Of a DNA stretch of 64,000 bases, positions 1 to 15,300 are shown piece by piece. The stretch comes from Squalus acanthias (taxonomy: Eukaryota). The position numbers were made by a program, and so were the translations under genes. Position 1 is the first letter of the stretch, and every line of letters begins with the position of its first letter. The notes beneath the pieces were generated by a model. The model made no database searches and was not told the origin of the DNA. It saw only the letters and a program-made list of their open reading frames with translations. The DNA is taken from positions 113,028,001 through 113,092,000 of the forward strand of contig CM059432.1 of assembly GCA_030390025.1 (NCBI GenBank), given 5' to 3'.

Positions 1-377
1 AGATGAAGGATCGGCGATATACTTCTAAGTCAGGATGGTGTGTGACTTGGAGGGGAATTGGAGCTGGTGGTGTTCCCATGCGCCTGCTGCCCTTGTCCTT
101 CTAGGTGGAAGAGGTCGCGGGTTTGGGAGGTGCTGTTGAAGAAGCTTGGCAAGTTGCTGCAGTGCATCTTGTAGATGGTACACACTGCAGCCAGAGTACA
201 CTGGTGGTGGAGGGAATGAATGTTTGAGGTGTTGGATGGGGTGCCAATCAAGCGGGTTGATTTGTCCTGGATAGTGTCGAGCTTCTTGAGTGTTGTTGGA
301 GCTGCACTCATCCAGGCAAGTGGAGAGCATTACATCACAGTCCCTATTGTGCCTTGTAGATGGTGGAAAGGCTTTGG
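1..377 (-). mobile_element. Degenerate non-LTR retrotransposon (CR1-group LINE) ORF2 C-terminal fragment, running off the left window edge
   Basis: Minus-strand translation across frameshifts reads IYKAQ..SPLAWMSAAPTTLKKLDTIQDKSTRLIG..IHSLHHQCTLAAVCTIYKMH, then HLPNPRPLPPRRTRAAGAWEHH. This resembles the post-RT region of CR1/L2-group ORF2 (YKxxVRxxMEYxxxxW..LDxIQxxAxRLI..SLxxRR). ORFs 30..311 and 25..330 are two frames of it. Confidence 0.75.
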
Positions 378-3300
378 AACTTACAGTACACCTGGTCTAG
401 GAATCATTGTACACCCGGTCTATGAATCACTGTACACCTGGTCTAGGAATCACTGTACACCCGGTCTAGGAATCATTGTACACCCGGTCTACGAATCACT
501 GTACACCCAGTCTAGGAATCATTGTACACCCGGTCTATGAATCATTGTACACCCGGTCTACGAATCACTGTACACCTGGTCTAGGACTCAATGTAAACCC
601 GGTCTAGGAATCACTATATACCCAGTCTAGGAATCACTGTACACCCGGTGTTGGAATCACTGTACACCAGGTCTAGGACTCAATGTACACCCGTTCTAGA
701 AATCACTGTCCACCCGGTATAGGAATCACTGTACACTCAGTCTAGGAATCGCTGTACACCCGGTCTTGGAATCACTGTCCACCCGGTCTAGGAATCACTG
801 TCCACACGGTATAGGAATTACTGTACACCCGGTCTAGGAATCATTGTACACCCGGTCTAGGAATCATTGTACACCCGGTCTAGGAATCACTGTCCACACG
901 GTATAGGAATCACTGTACACCAGCTATAGGAATTACTGTACACCAGGTATAGGAATCAGTGTACACCCGGTCTAGGAATCAGTGTACACTCGGTCTATGA
1001 ATTACTGCAAACCCTGTCTAGGAATCACTGTACACCCAGTCTAGGAATCACTATACACTCAGTCTAGGAATCGCTGTACACCTGGTATAGGAATCATTGT
1101 ACACCCGGTCTAAGAATTACTGTACACCCAGTCTAGCAATCAGTGAACACCCAGACTAGGAATCACTATACACCCAGTCTAGGAATCACTGTACACCCAG
1201 TCTAGGAATCACTGTACACCCAGTCTAGGAATCACTATACACCCAGATTGGGATCACTGTTCACCCAGACTAGGAATCACTGTTCACCCGGTCTAGAGAT
1301 CACTGTTCACCCGGTCTGGGAATCACTATACACTCAGTCTAGGAATCACTGTTCACCCGGTCTAGGAATCACAGTACACCCAGTCCAGGAATCATTGTAC
1401 ACCCGGTCTGGGAATCACTGTACACCCGGTCTGGGAATCACTGTACACCCAGTCCAGGAATCACTGTACACCCGGTCTAGGAATCACTGTACACCCAGTC
1501 TAGGAATCACTGTACACCCAGTCCAGGAATCACTGTACACCCGCTCTAGGAATCAATGTACAACCGGTCTAGGAATCATTGTACACCCGGTCTAGGAATC
1601 ACTGTAAACCAGGTATAGGAATTACTGTACACCCGGTCTAGGAATCATTGTACACCCGGTCTAGGAATCACTGTCCACACGGTATAGGAATCACTGCACA
1701 CCAGCTATAGGAATTACTGTACACCAGGTATTGGAATCAGTGTACACCCGGTCTAGGAATCAGTGTACACTCGGTCTATGAATTACTGCAAACCCTGTCT
1801 AGGAATCACTGTACACCCAGTCTAGGAATCACTATACACTCAGTCTAGGAATCGCTGTACACCTGGTATAGGAATCATTGTACACCCGGTCTAAGAATTA
1901 CTGTACACCCAGTCTAGCAATCAGTGAACACCCAGACTAGGAATCACTATACACCCAGACTAGGAATCACTGTACACCCAGTCTAGGAATCACTATACAC
2001 CCAGTCTAGGAATCACTATACACCCAGACTAGGAATCACTGTTCACCCGGTCTCGGAATCACTGTTCACCCGGTCTAGGAATTAATGTACACCCGGTCTA
2101 GGAAGCACTGTACACCCGGTCTAGGAATCACTGTACACCCGGTCTAGGAATCACTGTATACACGCTCTAGGATTTACTGTACACCCGGTCGAGGAAGCAA
2201 TGTACACCCTGTCTAGGAATCACAGTACACCCGGTCTAGGGATCACTGTTCACCCGGTCTAGAGATCACTGTTCTCCCGGTCTGGGAGTCACTATACACT
2301 CAGTCTAGGAATCACTGTTCACCCGGTCTAGGAATCACTGTACACCCAGTCCAGGAATCACTGTACACCCAGTCTGGGAATCACTGTACACCCGGTCTGG
2401 GAATCACTGTACACCCAGTCCAGGAATCACTGTACACCCGGTCTAGGAATCACTGTACACCCAGTCTAGGAATCACTGTACACCCAGTCCAGGAATCACT
2501 GTACACCCGGTCTAGGATTCAATGTACAACCGGTCTAGGAATCACTGTACACCCGGTCTAGGAATCACTGTACACCCGGTCTATTAATCGCTGTACACAC
2601 GGTCTAGGAATCACTGTACACTCGGTCTAGGAATCACTGTACACCCGGTCTGGGAATCACTGTACACCCAGCCCAGGAATCACTGTACACCCGGTCTAGG
2701 AATCACTGTACACCCAGTCTAGGAATCACTGTACACCCAGTCCAGGAATCACTGTACACCCGATCTAGGAATCAATGTACAACCGGTCTAGGAATCACTG
2801 TACACCCGGTCTAGGAATCACTGTACACCCGGTCTATTAATCACTGTACACACGGTCTAGGAATCACTGTACACCCGGTCTAGGAATCACTGTACACCCG
2901 GTCTAGGAATCACTGTACACCCGGTCTAGAAATCACTGTACACCCGGTCTAGGAATCACTGTACACCCAGTCTAGGAATCACTGTACACCCAGTCTAGGA
3001 ATCACTGTACACCCGGTCTAGGATTCAGTGTACAACCGGTCTAGGAATCACTGTACACCCGGTCTAGGAATCACTGTACACCCGGTCTATTAATCACTGT
3101 ACACACGGTCTAGGAATCACTGTACACCCGGTCTAGGAATCACTGTACACCCGGTCTAGGAATCACTGTACACCCGGTCTAGAAATCACAGTACACCCAG
3201 TCTAGGAATCACTGTACACCCAGTCTAGGAATCACTGTACACCCAGTCTAGGAATCACTATACACTCAGTCTAGGAATAAATGTACACCCGGTCTAAGAA

Positions 3301-6300
3301 TTACTGTACACCCGGTCTATTAATCACTGTATACCCAGTCTAGGAATCAGTGTACACCCGGTCTAGGGATCACTGTTCACCCGGTCTAGGAATCAATGTA
3401 CAGCAGGTCTAGGATTCATGTACACCCTGTCTAGGAATCACTATACACCCAGAATAGGAATCACTGTAAACCCAGTCTAGGAATTACTGCAAACCCAGTC
3501 TAGGAATCACTGCACACCCGGTATAGGAATTACTGTACACCCGTTCTAGGAATCACTGTACACACGTTCTAGGAATCACTGTGAACCCGGTCCAGGAATT
3601 ACTTTAAACCCAGTATAAGGATTAGTGTACACCCGGTCTAGGAATCACTGTTAACCCAGTATAAGGATTAGTGTACTCCCGGTCTAGGAATCACTGTAAA
3701 CCCAGTATAAGGATAAGTGTACACCCGGTCTAGGAATCACTGTTAACCCAGTATAAGGATTAGTGTACTCCCGGTCTAGGAATCACTGTCAACCCACTAT
3801 AAGGATTAGTGTACACCCGGTCTAGGAATCACTGTTCACCTGGTCTAGGAATCACTGTACCCCCGGTCTAGGAAGCACTGTACACCCGGTCTAGGATTCA
3901 CTGTACCCTGGTCTAGGAATCACTGTACACACGGTCTAGGATTTACTGTACACCCGGTCGAGGAAGCACTGTACACCCTGTCTAGGAATCACAGTACACC
4001 CGGTCTAGGAATCACTGTACACACGGTCTAGGAATCACTGTACACCTGGTCTAGGATTCACTGTACACCCGGTCTACGAATCACTGTACACCCGGTCTAG
4101 GAATCACTATACACCCGGTCTAGGAATCACAGTACACCTGTCTAGAAATCACCGTACACACGGTCCAGGAATCACTGTACACCCGGTCTAGGAATCACTG
4201 TACACCTGTCTAGGAATCACTGTACACACAGTCTCGAATCACTGTACACCCGGTCTAGGAATCACTGTACACCCGGTCTTGGAATTACTGTACACCCGGT
4301 CTAGGAATCACTGTACACCCGGTCTAGGAATTACTGTACACCCAGTCTAGGAATTGCTGTTCACCCGGTCTAGGAATCACTGTACACCCGGACAAGGAAT
4401 TACTGTACACCTTGGTCTAGGAATTAATGTACACCCGGTCTAGGAAGCACTGTACACCCGGTCTAGGAACACTGTACACCCGGTCTAGGAATCACTGTAC
4501 ACACGGTCTAGGATTTACTGTACACCCGGTCGAGGAAGCACTGTACACCCTGTCTAGGAATCACAGTACACCCGGTCTAGGGATCACTGTTCAGCCGGTC
4601 TAGAGATCACTGTTCACCGGTCTGGGAATCACTATACACCCGGTCTAGGAATTAATGTACTCCCGGACTAGCAATTACTGTACACCCGTTCGAGGAATTG
4701 GTGTCCGCCTGGTCTAGGAATCACTGTACACCCAGTCTAAGAATTACTGTACACCCGGTCGAGGAATGACTGTACACCTGGTCTAGGAATCATGTACACC
4801 CGTTCTAGGAATCACTGTCCACATGGTATAGGAATTACTGTACACCCAGTCTAGGAATCACTGTACACCCCGGTCTAGGAATCACTTTACACCCGGTCTA
4901 GGAATCATTGTACACCAGGTTTACGAATCACTGTACACCTGGTCTAAGACTCAATGTACACCCGGTCTGGGAATCACTATATACCCAGTCTAGGAATCGC
5001 TTTACACCCAGTCTAGGAATCACTGTACACCCGGTCTAGGAATCACTTTACACCCGGTCTAGGAATCATTGTACACCAGGTTTACGAATCACTGGACACC
5101 AGGTCTAGGACTCAATGTACATCCGCTCTAGGAATCACTGTCCACCCGGTATAGGAATCACTGTAAACCCAGTCTAGGAATTACTGTACACCCAGTCTAG
5201 GAATCACTGTACACCCGGTCTAGCAATTCCTGTACACCCGGTCTAGGAATCACTATTCACCCGGTCTATGTATCACTTTACACCCAGTCTAGAAATTAGT
5301 GTTCACCCAGTCTAGGAATCACTATACACTCAGTCTAGGAATCACTGTATACCCGGTCTAGGAATCACTGTACACCCGGTCTGGGAATCACTGTACACCC
5401 AGTCCAGGAATCACTGTACACCCGGTCTAGGAATCACTGTACACCCGGTCTAGGAATCACTGTACACACGGTCTAGGAATCACTGTACACCCGGTCTAGG
5501 AATTACTGCACACCCGGTGTAGGAATTAGTGTACACACAGTCTAGGAATCACTGTACACCCGGTCTAGCAATTCCTGTACACCCGGTCTAGGTATCACTT
5601 TACACCCAGTCTAGTAATTAGTTTTCACCCGGTCTAGGGATCACTATACACTCAGTCTAGGAATCACTGTACACCCGGTCTAGGAATCACAGTACACCTG
5701 TCTAGGAATCACTGTACACACAGTCTCGGAATCACTATACACCCGGTCTAGGAATCACTGTACACCCGGTCTTGTAATCACAGTACACCCGGTCTAGGAA
5801 TTGCTGTTCACCCGGTCTAGGAATCACTGTACACCCGGTCTAGGAAGCACTGTACACCCGGTCTAGGAATCACTGTACACCCGGTCTAGGAATCACTGTA
5901 CACACGGTCTAGGATTTACGGTACACCCGGACGAGGAAGCACTGTACACCCTGTCTAGGAATCACAGTACACCCGGTCTAGGAATCACTGTACACACGGT
6001 CTAGGAATCACTGTACACCCGGTCTAGGAATCACTGTACACCCGGTCTAGGCATCACTGTACACCCAGTCTAGGAATCACTATACACCCGGTCTAGGAAT
6101 CACAGTACACCTGTCTAGGAATCACTGTACACACGGTCCAGGAATCACGGTACACCCGGTCTAGGAATCACTGTACACCCGGTCTAGGAATCACTGTACA
6201 CACGGTCTAGGATTTACTGTACACCCGGTCGAGGAAGCACTGTACACCCTGTCTAGGAATCACAGTACACCCGGTCTAGGAATCACTGTACACACGGTCT

Positions 6301-9300
6301 AGGAACCACTGTACACCCGGTCTAGAAATCACTGTACACCCGGTCGAGGAATCACTGTACATCCGGTCTAGGAATCACTATACACCCGGTCTAGGAATCA
6401 CAGTACACCTGTCTAGGAATCACTGTACACACGGTCCAGGAATCACTGTACACCCGGTCTAGGAATCACTGTACACCCGGTCTAGGAATCACAGTACACC
6501 TGTCTAGGAATCACTGTACACACAGTCTCGGAATCACTGTACACCTGGTCTAGGAATCACTGTACACCCGGTCTTGGAATCACAGTACACCCGGTCTAGG
6601 TATTGCTGTTCACCTGGTCGAGGAATCACTGTACACCCGGTCTAGGAATTACTGTACACCCGGTCTAGGAATTAATGTACACCCGGTCTAGGAATTAATG
6701 TACACCCGGTCTAGGAATCACTGTACACCCGGTCTAGGAATCACTGTACACCCTGTCTAGGAATCACAGTACACCCGGTCTAGGAATCACTGTACACACG
6801 GTCTAGGAATCACTGTACACCCGGTCTAGGAATCACTGTACACCTGTCTAGGAATCACTGTACACACAGTCTCGAATCACTGTACACCCGGTCTAGGAAT
6901 CACTGTACACCCGGTCTTGGAATTACTGTACACCCGGTCTAGGAATCACTGTACACCCGGTCTAGGAATTACTGTACACCCAGTCTAGGAATTGCTGTTC
7001 ACCCGGTCTAGGAATCACTGTACACCCGGACAAGGAATTACTGTACACCTTGGTCTAGGAATTAATGTACACCCGGTCTAGGAAGCACTGTACACCCGGT
7101 CTAGGAATCACTGTACACCCGGTCTAGGAATCACTGTACACACGGTCTAGGATTTACTGTACACCCGGTCGAGGAAGCACTGTACACCCTGTCTAGGAAT
7201 CACAGTACACCCGGTCTAGGGATCACTGTTCAGCCGGTCTAGAGATCACTGTTCACCCGGTCTGGGAATCACTATACACCCGGTCTAGGAATTAATGTAC
7301 TCCCGGACTAGCAATTACTGTACACCCGTTCGAGGAATTGGTGTCCGCCTGGTCTAGGAATCACTGTACACCCAGTCTAAGAATTACTGTACACCCGGTC
7401 GAGGAATGACTGTACACCTGGTCTAGGAATCATGTACACCCGTTCTAGGAATCACTGTCCACATGGTATAGGAATTACTGTACACCCAGTCTAGGAATCA
7501 CTGTACACCACGGTCTAGGAATCACTTTACACCCGGTCTAGGAATCATTGTACACCAGGTTTACGAATCACTGTACACCTGGTCTAAGACTCAATGTACA
7601 CCCGGTCTGGGAATCACTATATACCCAGTCTAGGAATCGCTTTACACCCAGTCTAGGAATCACTGTACACCCGGTCTAGGAATCACTTTACACCCGGTCT
7701 AGGAATCATTGTACACCAGGTTTACGAATCACTGGACACCAGGTCTAGGACTCAATGTACACCCGCTCTAGGAATCACTGTCCACCCGGTATAGGAATCA
7801 CTGTAAACCCAGTCTAGGAATTACTGTACACCCAGTCTAGGAATCACTGTACACCCGGTCTAGCAATTCCTGTACACCCGGTCTAGGAATCACTATTCAC
7901 CCGGTCTATGTATCACTTTACACCCAGTCTAGAAATTAGTGTTCACCCAGTCTAGGAATCACTATACACTCAGTCTAGGAATCACTGTATACCCGGTCTA
8001 GGAATCACTGTACACCCGGTCTGGGAATCACTGTACACCCAGTCCAGGAATCACTGTACACCCGGTCTAGGAATCACTGTACACCCGGTCTAGGAATCAC
8101 TGTACACCCGGTCTAGGAATCACTGTACACCCTGTCTAGGAATCACTGTACACCCGGTCTAGGAATCACTGTATACACGGTCTAGGATTTACTGTACACC
8201 CGGTCGAGGAAGCACTGTACACCCTGTCTAGGAATCACAGTACACCCGGTCTAGGAATCACTGTACACACGGTCTAGGAATCACTGCACACCCGGTCTAG
8301 GAATCACTGTACACCCGGTCTAGGAATCACTGTACACCCGGTCTAAGAATCACCATGCACCCGGTCTAGGAATCACAGTACACCTGTCTAGGAATCATTG
8401 TACACACGGTCCAGGAATCACTGTACACCCGGTCTAGGAATCACTGTACACCCGGTCTAGGAATCACAGTACACCTGTCTAGGAATCACTGTACACACAG
8501 TCTCGGAATCACTGTACACCCGGTCTAGGAATCACTGTACACCCGGTCTTGGAATCACAGTACACCCGGTCTAGGAATTGCTGTTTACCCGGTCTAGGAA
8601 TCACTGTACACCCGGTCTAGGAATTACTGTACACCCGGTCTAGGAATTAATGTACACCCGGTCTAGGACGCACTGTACACCCGGTCTAGGAATCACTGTA
8701 CACCCGGTCTAGGAATCACTGTACACACGGTCTAGGATTTACTGTACACCCGGTCGAGGAAGCACTGTACACCCTGTCTAGGATTCACACTACACCCGGT
8801 CTAGGGATCACTGTTCACCCGGTCTAGAGATCACTGTTCACCCGGTCTGGGAATCACTATACACCCGGTCTAGGAATTAATGTACTCCCGGACTAGCAAT
8901 TACTGTACACCTGTTCGAGGAATTGGTGTTCGCCTGGTCTAGGAATCACTGTACACCCAGTCTAAGAATTACTGTACACCCGGTCGAGGAATGACTGTAC
9001 ACCTGGTCTAGGAATCATGTACACCCGTTCTAGGAATCACTGTCCACATGGTATAGGAATTACTGTACACCCAGTCTAGGAATCACTGTACACCCGGTCT
9101 AGGAATCACTTTACACCCGGTCTAGGAATCATTGTACACCAGGTTTACGAATCACTGTACACCTGGTCTAAGACTCAATGTACACCCTGTCTAGGAATCA
9201 CTATATACCCAGTCTAGGAATCGCTTTACACCCAGTCTAGGAATCACTGTACACCCGGTCTAGGAATCACTTTACACCCGGTCTAGGAATCATTGTACAC

Positions 9301-12300
9301 CAGGTTTACGAATCACTGTACACCAGGTCTAGGACTCAATGTACACCCGCTCTAGGAATCACTGTCCACCCGGTATAGGAGTCACTGTAAACCCAGTCTA
9401 GGAATTACTGTACACCCAGTCTAGGAATCACTGTACACCCGGTCTAGCAATTCCTGTACATCCGGTCTAGGAATCACTATTCACCCGGTCTAGGTATCAC
9501 TTTACACCCAGTCTAGAAATTAGTGTTCACCCAGTCTAGGAATCACTATACACTCAGTCTAGGAATCACTGTATACCCGGTCTAGGAATTGCTGTTCACC
9601 CAGTCCAGGAATCACTGTACACCCGGTCTAGGAATCACTGTACACCCGGTCTAGGTATCACTTTACACCCAGTCTAGAAATTAGTGATCACCCAGTCTAG
9701 GAATCACGATACACTCAGTCTAGGAATCACTGTTCACCCGGTCTAGGAATCACTGTACACCCAGTCCAGGAATCACTGTACACCCGGTCTAGGAATCACT
9801 GTACACCCGGTCTGGGAATCACTGTACACCCAGTCCAGGAATCACTGTACACCCGGTCTAGGAATCACTGTACACCCAGTCTAGGAATCACTGTACACAC
9901 GGTCTAGGAATCACTGTACACCCGGTTTAGGAATTACTGCACACCCGGTGTAGGAATTAGTGTACACACAGTCTAGGAATCACTGTACACCCGGTCTAAC
10001 AATTCCTGTACACCCGGTCTAGGTATCACTTTACACCCAGTCTAGTAATTAGTTTTCACCCGGTCTAGGGATCACTATACACTCAGTCTAGGAATCACTG
10101 TACACCCGGTCTAGGAATCACTGTACACCCAGTCTAGGAATCACAGTACACCTGTCTAGGAATCACTGTACACACATTCTCGGAATCACTGTACACCCGG
10201 TCTAGGAATCACTGTACACCCGGTCTTGGAATCACAGTACACCCGGTCTAGGTATGGCTGTTCACCTGGTCTAGGAATCACTGTACACCCGGTCTAGGAA
10301 TTACTGTACACCCGGTCTAGGAATTAATGTACACCCGGTCTAGGAATTAATGTACACCCGGTCTAGGAATCACTGTACACCCGGTCTAGGAATCACTGTA
10401 CACCCTGTCTAGGAATCACTGTACACCCGGTCTAGGAATCACTGTACACACGGTCTAGGAATCACTGTACACCCGGTCTAGGAATCACTGTACACCCGGT
10501 CTAGGAATCACTGTACACCCGGTCTAGGAATCACTATACACCCGGTCTAGGAATCACAGTACACCTGTCTAGGAATCACTGTACACACGGTCCAGGAATC
10601 ACTGTACACCCGGTCTAGGAATCACTGTACACCCTGTCTAGGAATCACTGTACACCCGGTCTAGGAATCACTGTATACACGGTCTAGGATTTACTGTACA
10701 CCCGGTCGAGGAAGCACTGTACACCCTGTCTAGGAATCACAGTACACCCGGTCTAGGAATCACTGTACACACGGTCTAGGAATCACTGCACACCCGGTCT
10801 AGGAATCACTGTACACCCGGTCTAGGAATCACTGTACACCCGGTCTAAGAATCACCATACACCCGGTCTAGGAATCACAGTACACCTGTCTAGGAATCAT
10901 TGTACACACGGTCCAGGAATCACTGTACACCCGGTCTAGGAATCACTGTACACCCGGTCTAGGAATCACAGTACACCTGTCTAGGAATCACTGTACACAC
11001 AGTCTCGGAATCACTGTACACCCGGTCTAGGAATCACTGTACACCCGGTCTTGGAATCACAGTACACCCGGTCTAGGAATTGCTGTTTACCCGGTCTAGG
11101 AATCACTGTACACCCGGTCTAGGAATTACTGTACACCCGGTCTAGGAATTAATGTACACCCGGTCTAGGAAGCACTGTACACCCGGTCTAGGAATCACTG
11201 TACACCCGGTCTAGGAATCACTGTACACACGATCTAGGATTTACTGTACACCCGGTCGAGGAAGCACTGTACACCCTGTCTAGGATTCACACTACACCCG
11301 GTCTAGGGATCACTGTTCACCCGGTCTAGAGATCACTGTTCACCCGGTCTGGGAATCACTATACACCCGGTCTAGGAATTAATGTACTCCCGGACTAGCA
11401 ATTACTGTACACCCGTTCGAGGAATTGGTGTTCGCCTGGTCTAGGAATCACTGTACACCCAGTCTAAGAATTACTGTACACCCGGTCGAGGAATGACTGT
11501 ACACCTGGTCTAGGAATCATGTACACCCGTTCTAGGAATCACTGTCCACATGGTATAGGAATTACTGTACACCCAGTCTAGGAATCACTGTACACCCGGT
11601 CTAGGAATCACTTTACACCCGGTCTAGGAATCATTGTACACCAGTTTTACGAATCACTGTACACCTGGTCTAAGACTCAATGTAAACCCTGTCTAGGAAT
11701 CACTATATACCCAGTCTAGGAATCGCTTTACACCCAGTCTAGGAATCACTGTACACCCGGTCTAGGAATCACTTTACACCCGGTCTAGGAATCATTGTAC
11801 ACCAGGTTTACGAATCACTGTACACCAGGTCTAGGACTCAATGTACACCCGCTCTAGGAATCACTGTCCACCCGGTATAGGAATCACTGTAAACCCAGTC
11901 TAGGAATTACTGTACACCCAGTCTAGGAATCACTGTACACCCGGTCTAGCAATTCCTGTACACCCGGTCTAGGAATCACTATTCACCCGGTCTATGTATC
12001 ACTTTACACCCAGTCTAGAAATTAGTGTTCACCCAGTCTAGGAATCACTATACACTCAGTCTAGGAATCACTGTATACCCGGTCTAGGAATCACTGTACA
12101 CCCGGTCTGGGAATCACTGTACACCCAGTCCAGGAATCACTGTACACCCGGTCTAGGAATCACTGTACACCCGGTCTAGGAATCACTGTACACACGGTCT
12201 AGGAATCACTGTACACCCGGTCTAGGAATTACTGCACACCCGGTGTAGGAATTAGTGTACACACAGTCTAGGAATCACTGTACACCCGGTCTAGCAATTC

Positions 12301-15300
12301 CTGTACACCCGGTCTAGGTATCACTTTACACCCGGTCTAGTAATTACTGTTTTCACCCGGTCTAGGAATCACTATACACTCAGTCTAGGAATCACTGTAC
12401 ACCCGGTCTAGGAATCACAGTACACCTGTCTAGGAATCACTGTACACCCAGTCTCGGAATCACTGTACACCCGGTCTAGGAATCACTGTACACCGGTCTT
12501 GTAATCACAGTACACCCGGTCTAGGAATTGCTGTAACCCGGTCTAGGAATCACTGTACAACCGGTCTAGGAATCACTGTACACCCGGTCTAGGTATCACT
12601 GTACACCCGGTCTAGGAATCACTGTACACACGGTCTAGGATTTACGGTACACCCGGACGAGGAAGCACTGTACACCCTGTCTAGGAATCACAGTACACCG
12701 GGTCTAGGAATCACTGTACACACGGTCTAGGAATCACTGTTACACCCGGTCTAGGAATCACTGTACACCCGGTCTAGGCATCACTGTACACCCAGTCTAG
12801 GAATCACTATACACCCGGTCTAGGAATCACAGTACACCTGTCTAGGAATCACTGTACACACGGTCCAGGAATCACGGTACACCCGGTCTAGGAATCACTG
12901 TACACCCGGTCTAGGAATCACTGTACACACGGTCTAGGATTTACTGTACACCCGGTCGAGGAAGCACTGTACACCCTGTCTAGGAATCACAGTACACCCG
13001 GTCTAGGAATCACTGTACACCCGGTCGAGGAATCACTGTACATCCGGTCTAGGAATCACTATACACCCGGTCTAGGAATCACAGTACACCTGTCTAGGAA
13101 TCACTGTACACACGGTCCAGGAATCACTGTACACCCGGTCTAGGAATCACTGTACACCCGGTCTAGGAATCACAGTACACCTGTCTAGGAATCACTGTAC
13201 ACACAGTCTCGGAATCACTGTACACCTGGTCTAGGAATCACTGTGCACCCGGTCTTGGAATCACAGTACACCCGGTCTAGGTATTGCTGTTCACCTGGTC
13301 TAGGAATCACTGTACACCCGGTCTAGGAATTACTGTACACCCGGTCTAGGAATTAATGTACACCCGGTCTAGGAATTAATGTACACCCGGTCTAGGAATC
13401 ACTGTACACCCGGTCTAGGAATCACTGTACACCCTGTCTAGGAATCACAGTACACCCGGTCTAGGAATCACTGTACACACGGTCTAGGAATCACTGTACA
13501 CCCGGTCTAGGAATCACTGTACACCCGGTCTAGGAATCACTGTACACCCGGTCTAGGAATCACTATACACCCGGTCTAGGAATCACAGTACACCTGTCTA
13601 GGAATCACTGTACACATGGTCCAGGAATCACTGTACACCCGGTCTAGGAATCACTGTATACACGGTCTAGGATTTACTGTACACCCGGTCGAGGAAGCAC
13701 TGTACACCCTGTCTAGGAATCACAGTACACCCGGTCTAGGAATCACTGTACACACGGTCTAGGAATCACTGCACACCCGGTCTAGGAATCACTGTACACC
13801 CGGTCTAGGAATCACTGTACACCCGGTCTAAGAATCACAGTACACCCGGTCTAGGAATTGCTGTTTACCCGGTCTAGGAATCACTGTACACCCGGTCTAG
13901 GAATCACTGTACACCCGGTCTAGGAATTAATGTACACCCGGTCTAGGAAGCACTGTACACCCGGTCTAGGAATCACTGTACACACGGTCTAGGATTTACT
14001 GTACACCCGGTCGAGGAAGCACTGTACACCCTGTCTAGGATTCACACTACACCCGGTCTAGGGATCACTGTTCACCCGGTCTAGAGATCACTGTTCACCC
14101 GGTCTGGGAATCACTATACACCCGGTCTAGGAATTAATGTACTCCCGGACTAGCAATTACTGTACACCCGTTCGAGGAATTGGTGTTCGCCTGGTCTAGG
14201 AATCACTGTACACCCAGTCTAAGAATTACTGTACACCCGGTCGAGGAATGACTGTACACCTGGTCTAGGAATCATGTACACCCGTTCTAGGAATCACTGT
14301 CCACATGGTATAGGAATTACTGTACACCCAGTCTAGGAATCACTGTACACCCGGTCTAGGAATCACTTTACACCCGGTCTAGGAATCATTGTACACCAGG
14401 TTTACGAATCACTGTACACCTGGTCTAAGACTCAATGTACACCCGCTCTAGGAATCACTGTCCACCCGGTATAGGAATCACTGTAAACCCAGTCTAGGAA
14501 TTACTGTACACCCAGTCTAGGAATCACTATACACCCGGTCTAGGAATCACAGTACACCTGTCTAGGAATCACTGTACACACGGTCCAGGAATCACGGTAC
14601 ACCCGGTCTAGGAACACTGTACAACCCGGTCTAGGAATCACTGTACCACACGGTCTAGGATTTACTGTACACCGGTCGAGGAAGCACTGTACACCCTGTC
14701 TAGGAATCACAGTACACCCGGTCTAGGAATCACTGTACACACGGTCTAGGAACCACTGTACACCCGGTCTAGAAATCACTGTACACCCGGTCGAGGAATC
14801 ACTGTACATCCGGTCTAGGAATCACTATACACCCGGTCTAGGAATCACAGTACACCTGTCTAGGAATCACTGTACACACGGTCCAGGAATCACTGTACAC
14901 CCGGTCTAGGAATCACTGTACACCCGGTCTAGGAATCACAGTACACCTGTCTAGGAATCACTGTACACACAGTCTCGGAATCACTGTACACCTGGTTTAG
15001 GAATCACTGTGCACCCGGTCTTGGAATCACAGTACACCCGGTCTAGGTATTGCTGTTCACCTGGTCTAGGAATCACTGTACACCCGGTCTAGGAATGACT
15101 GTACACCCGGTCTAGGAATTAATGTACACCCGGTCTAGGAATTAATGTACACCCGGTCTAGGAATCACTGTACACCCGGTCTAGGAATCACTGTACACCC
15201 TGTCTAGGAATCACAGTACACCCGGTCTAGGAATCACTGTACACACGGTCTAGGAATCACTGTACACCCGGTCTAGGAATCACTGTACACCCGGTCTAGG

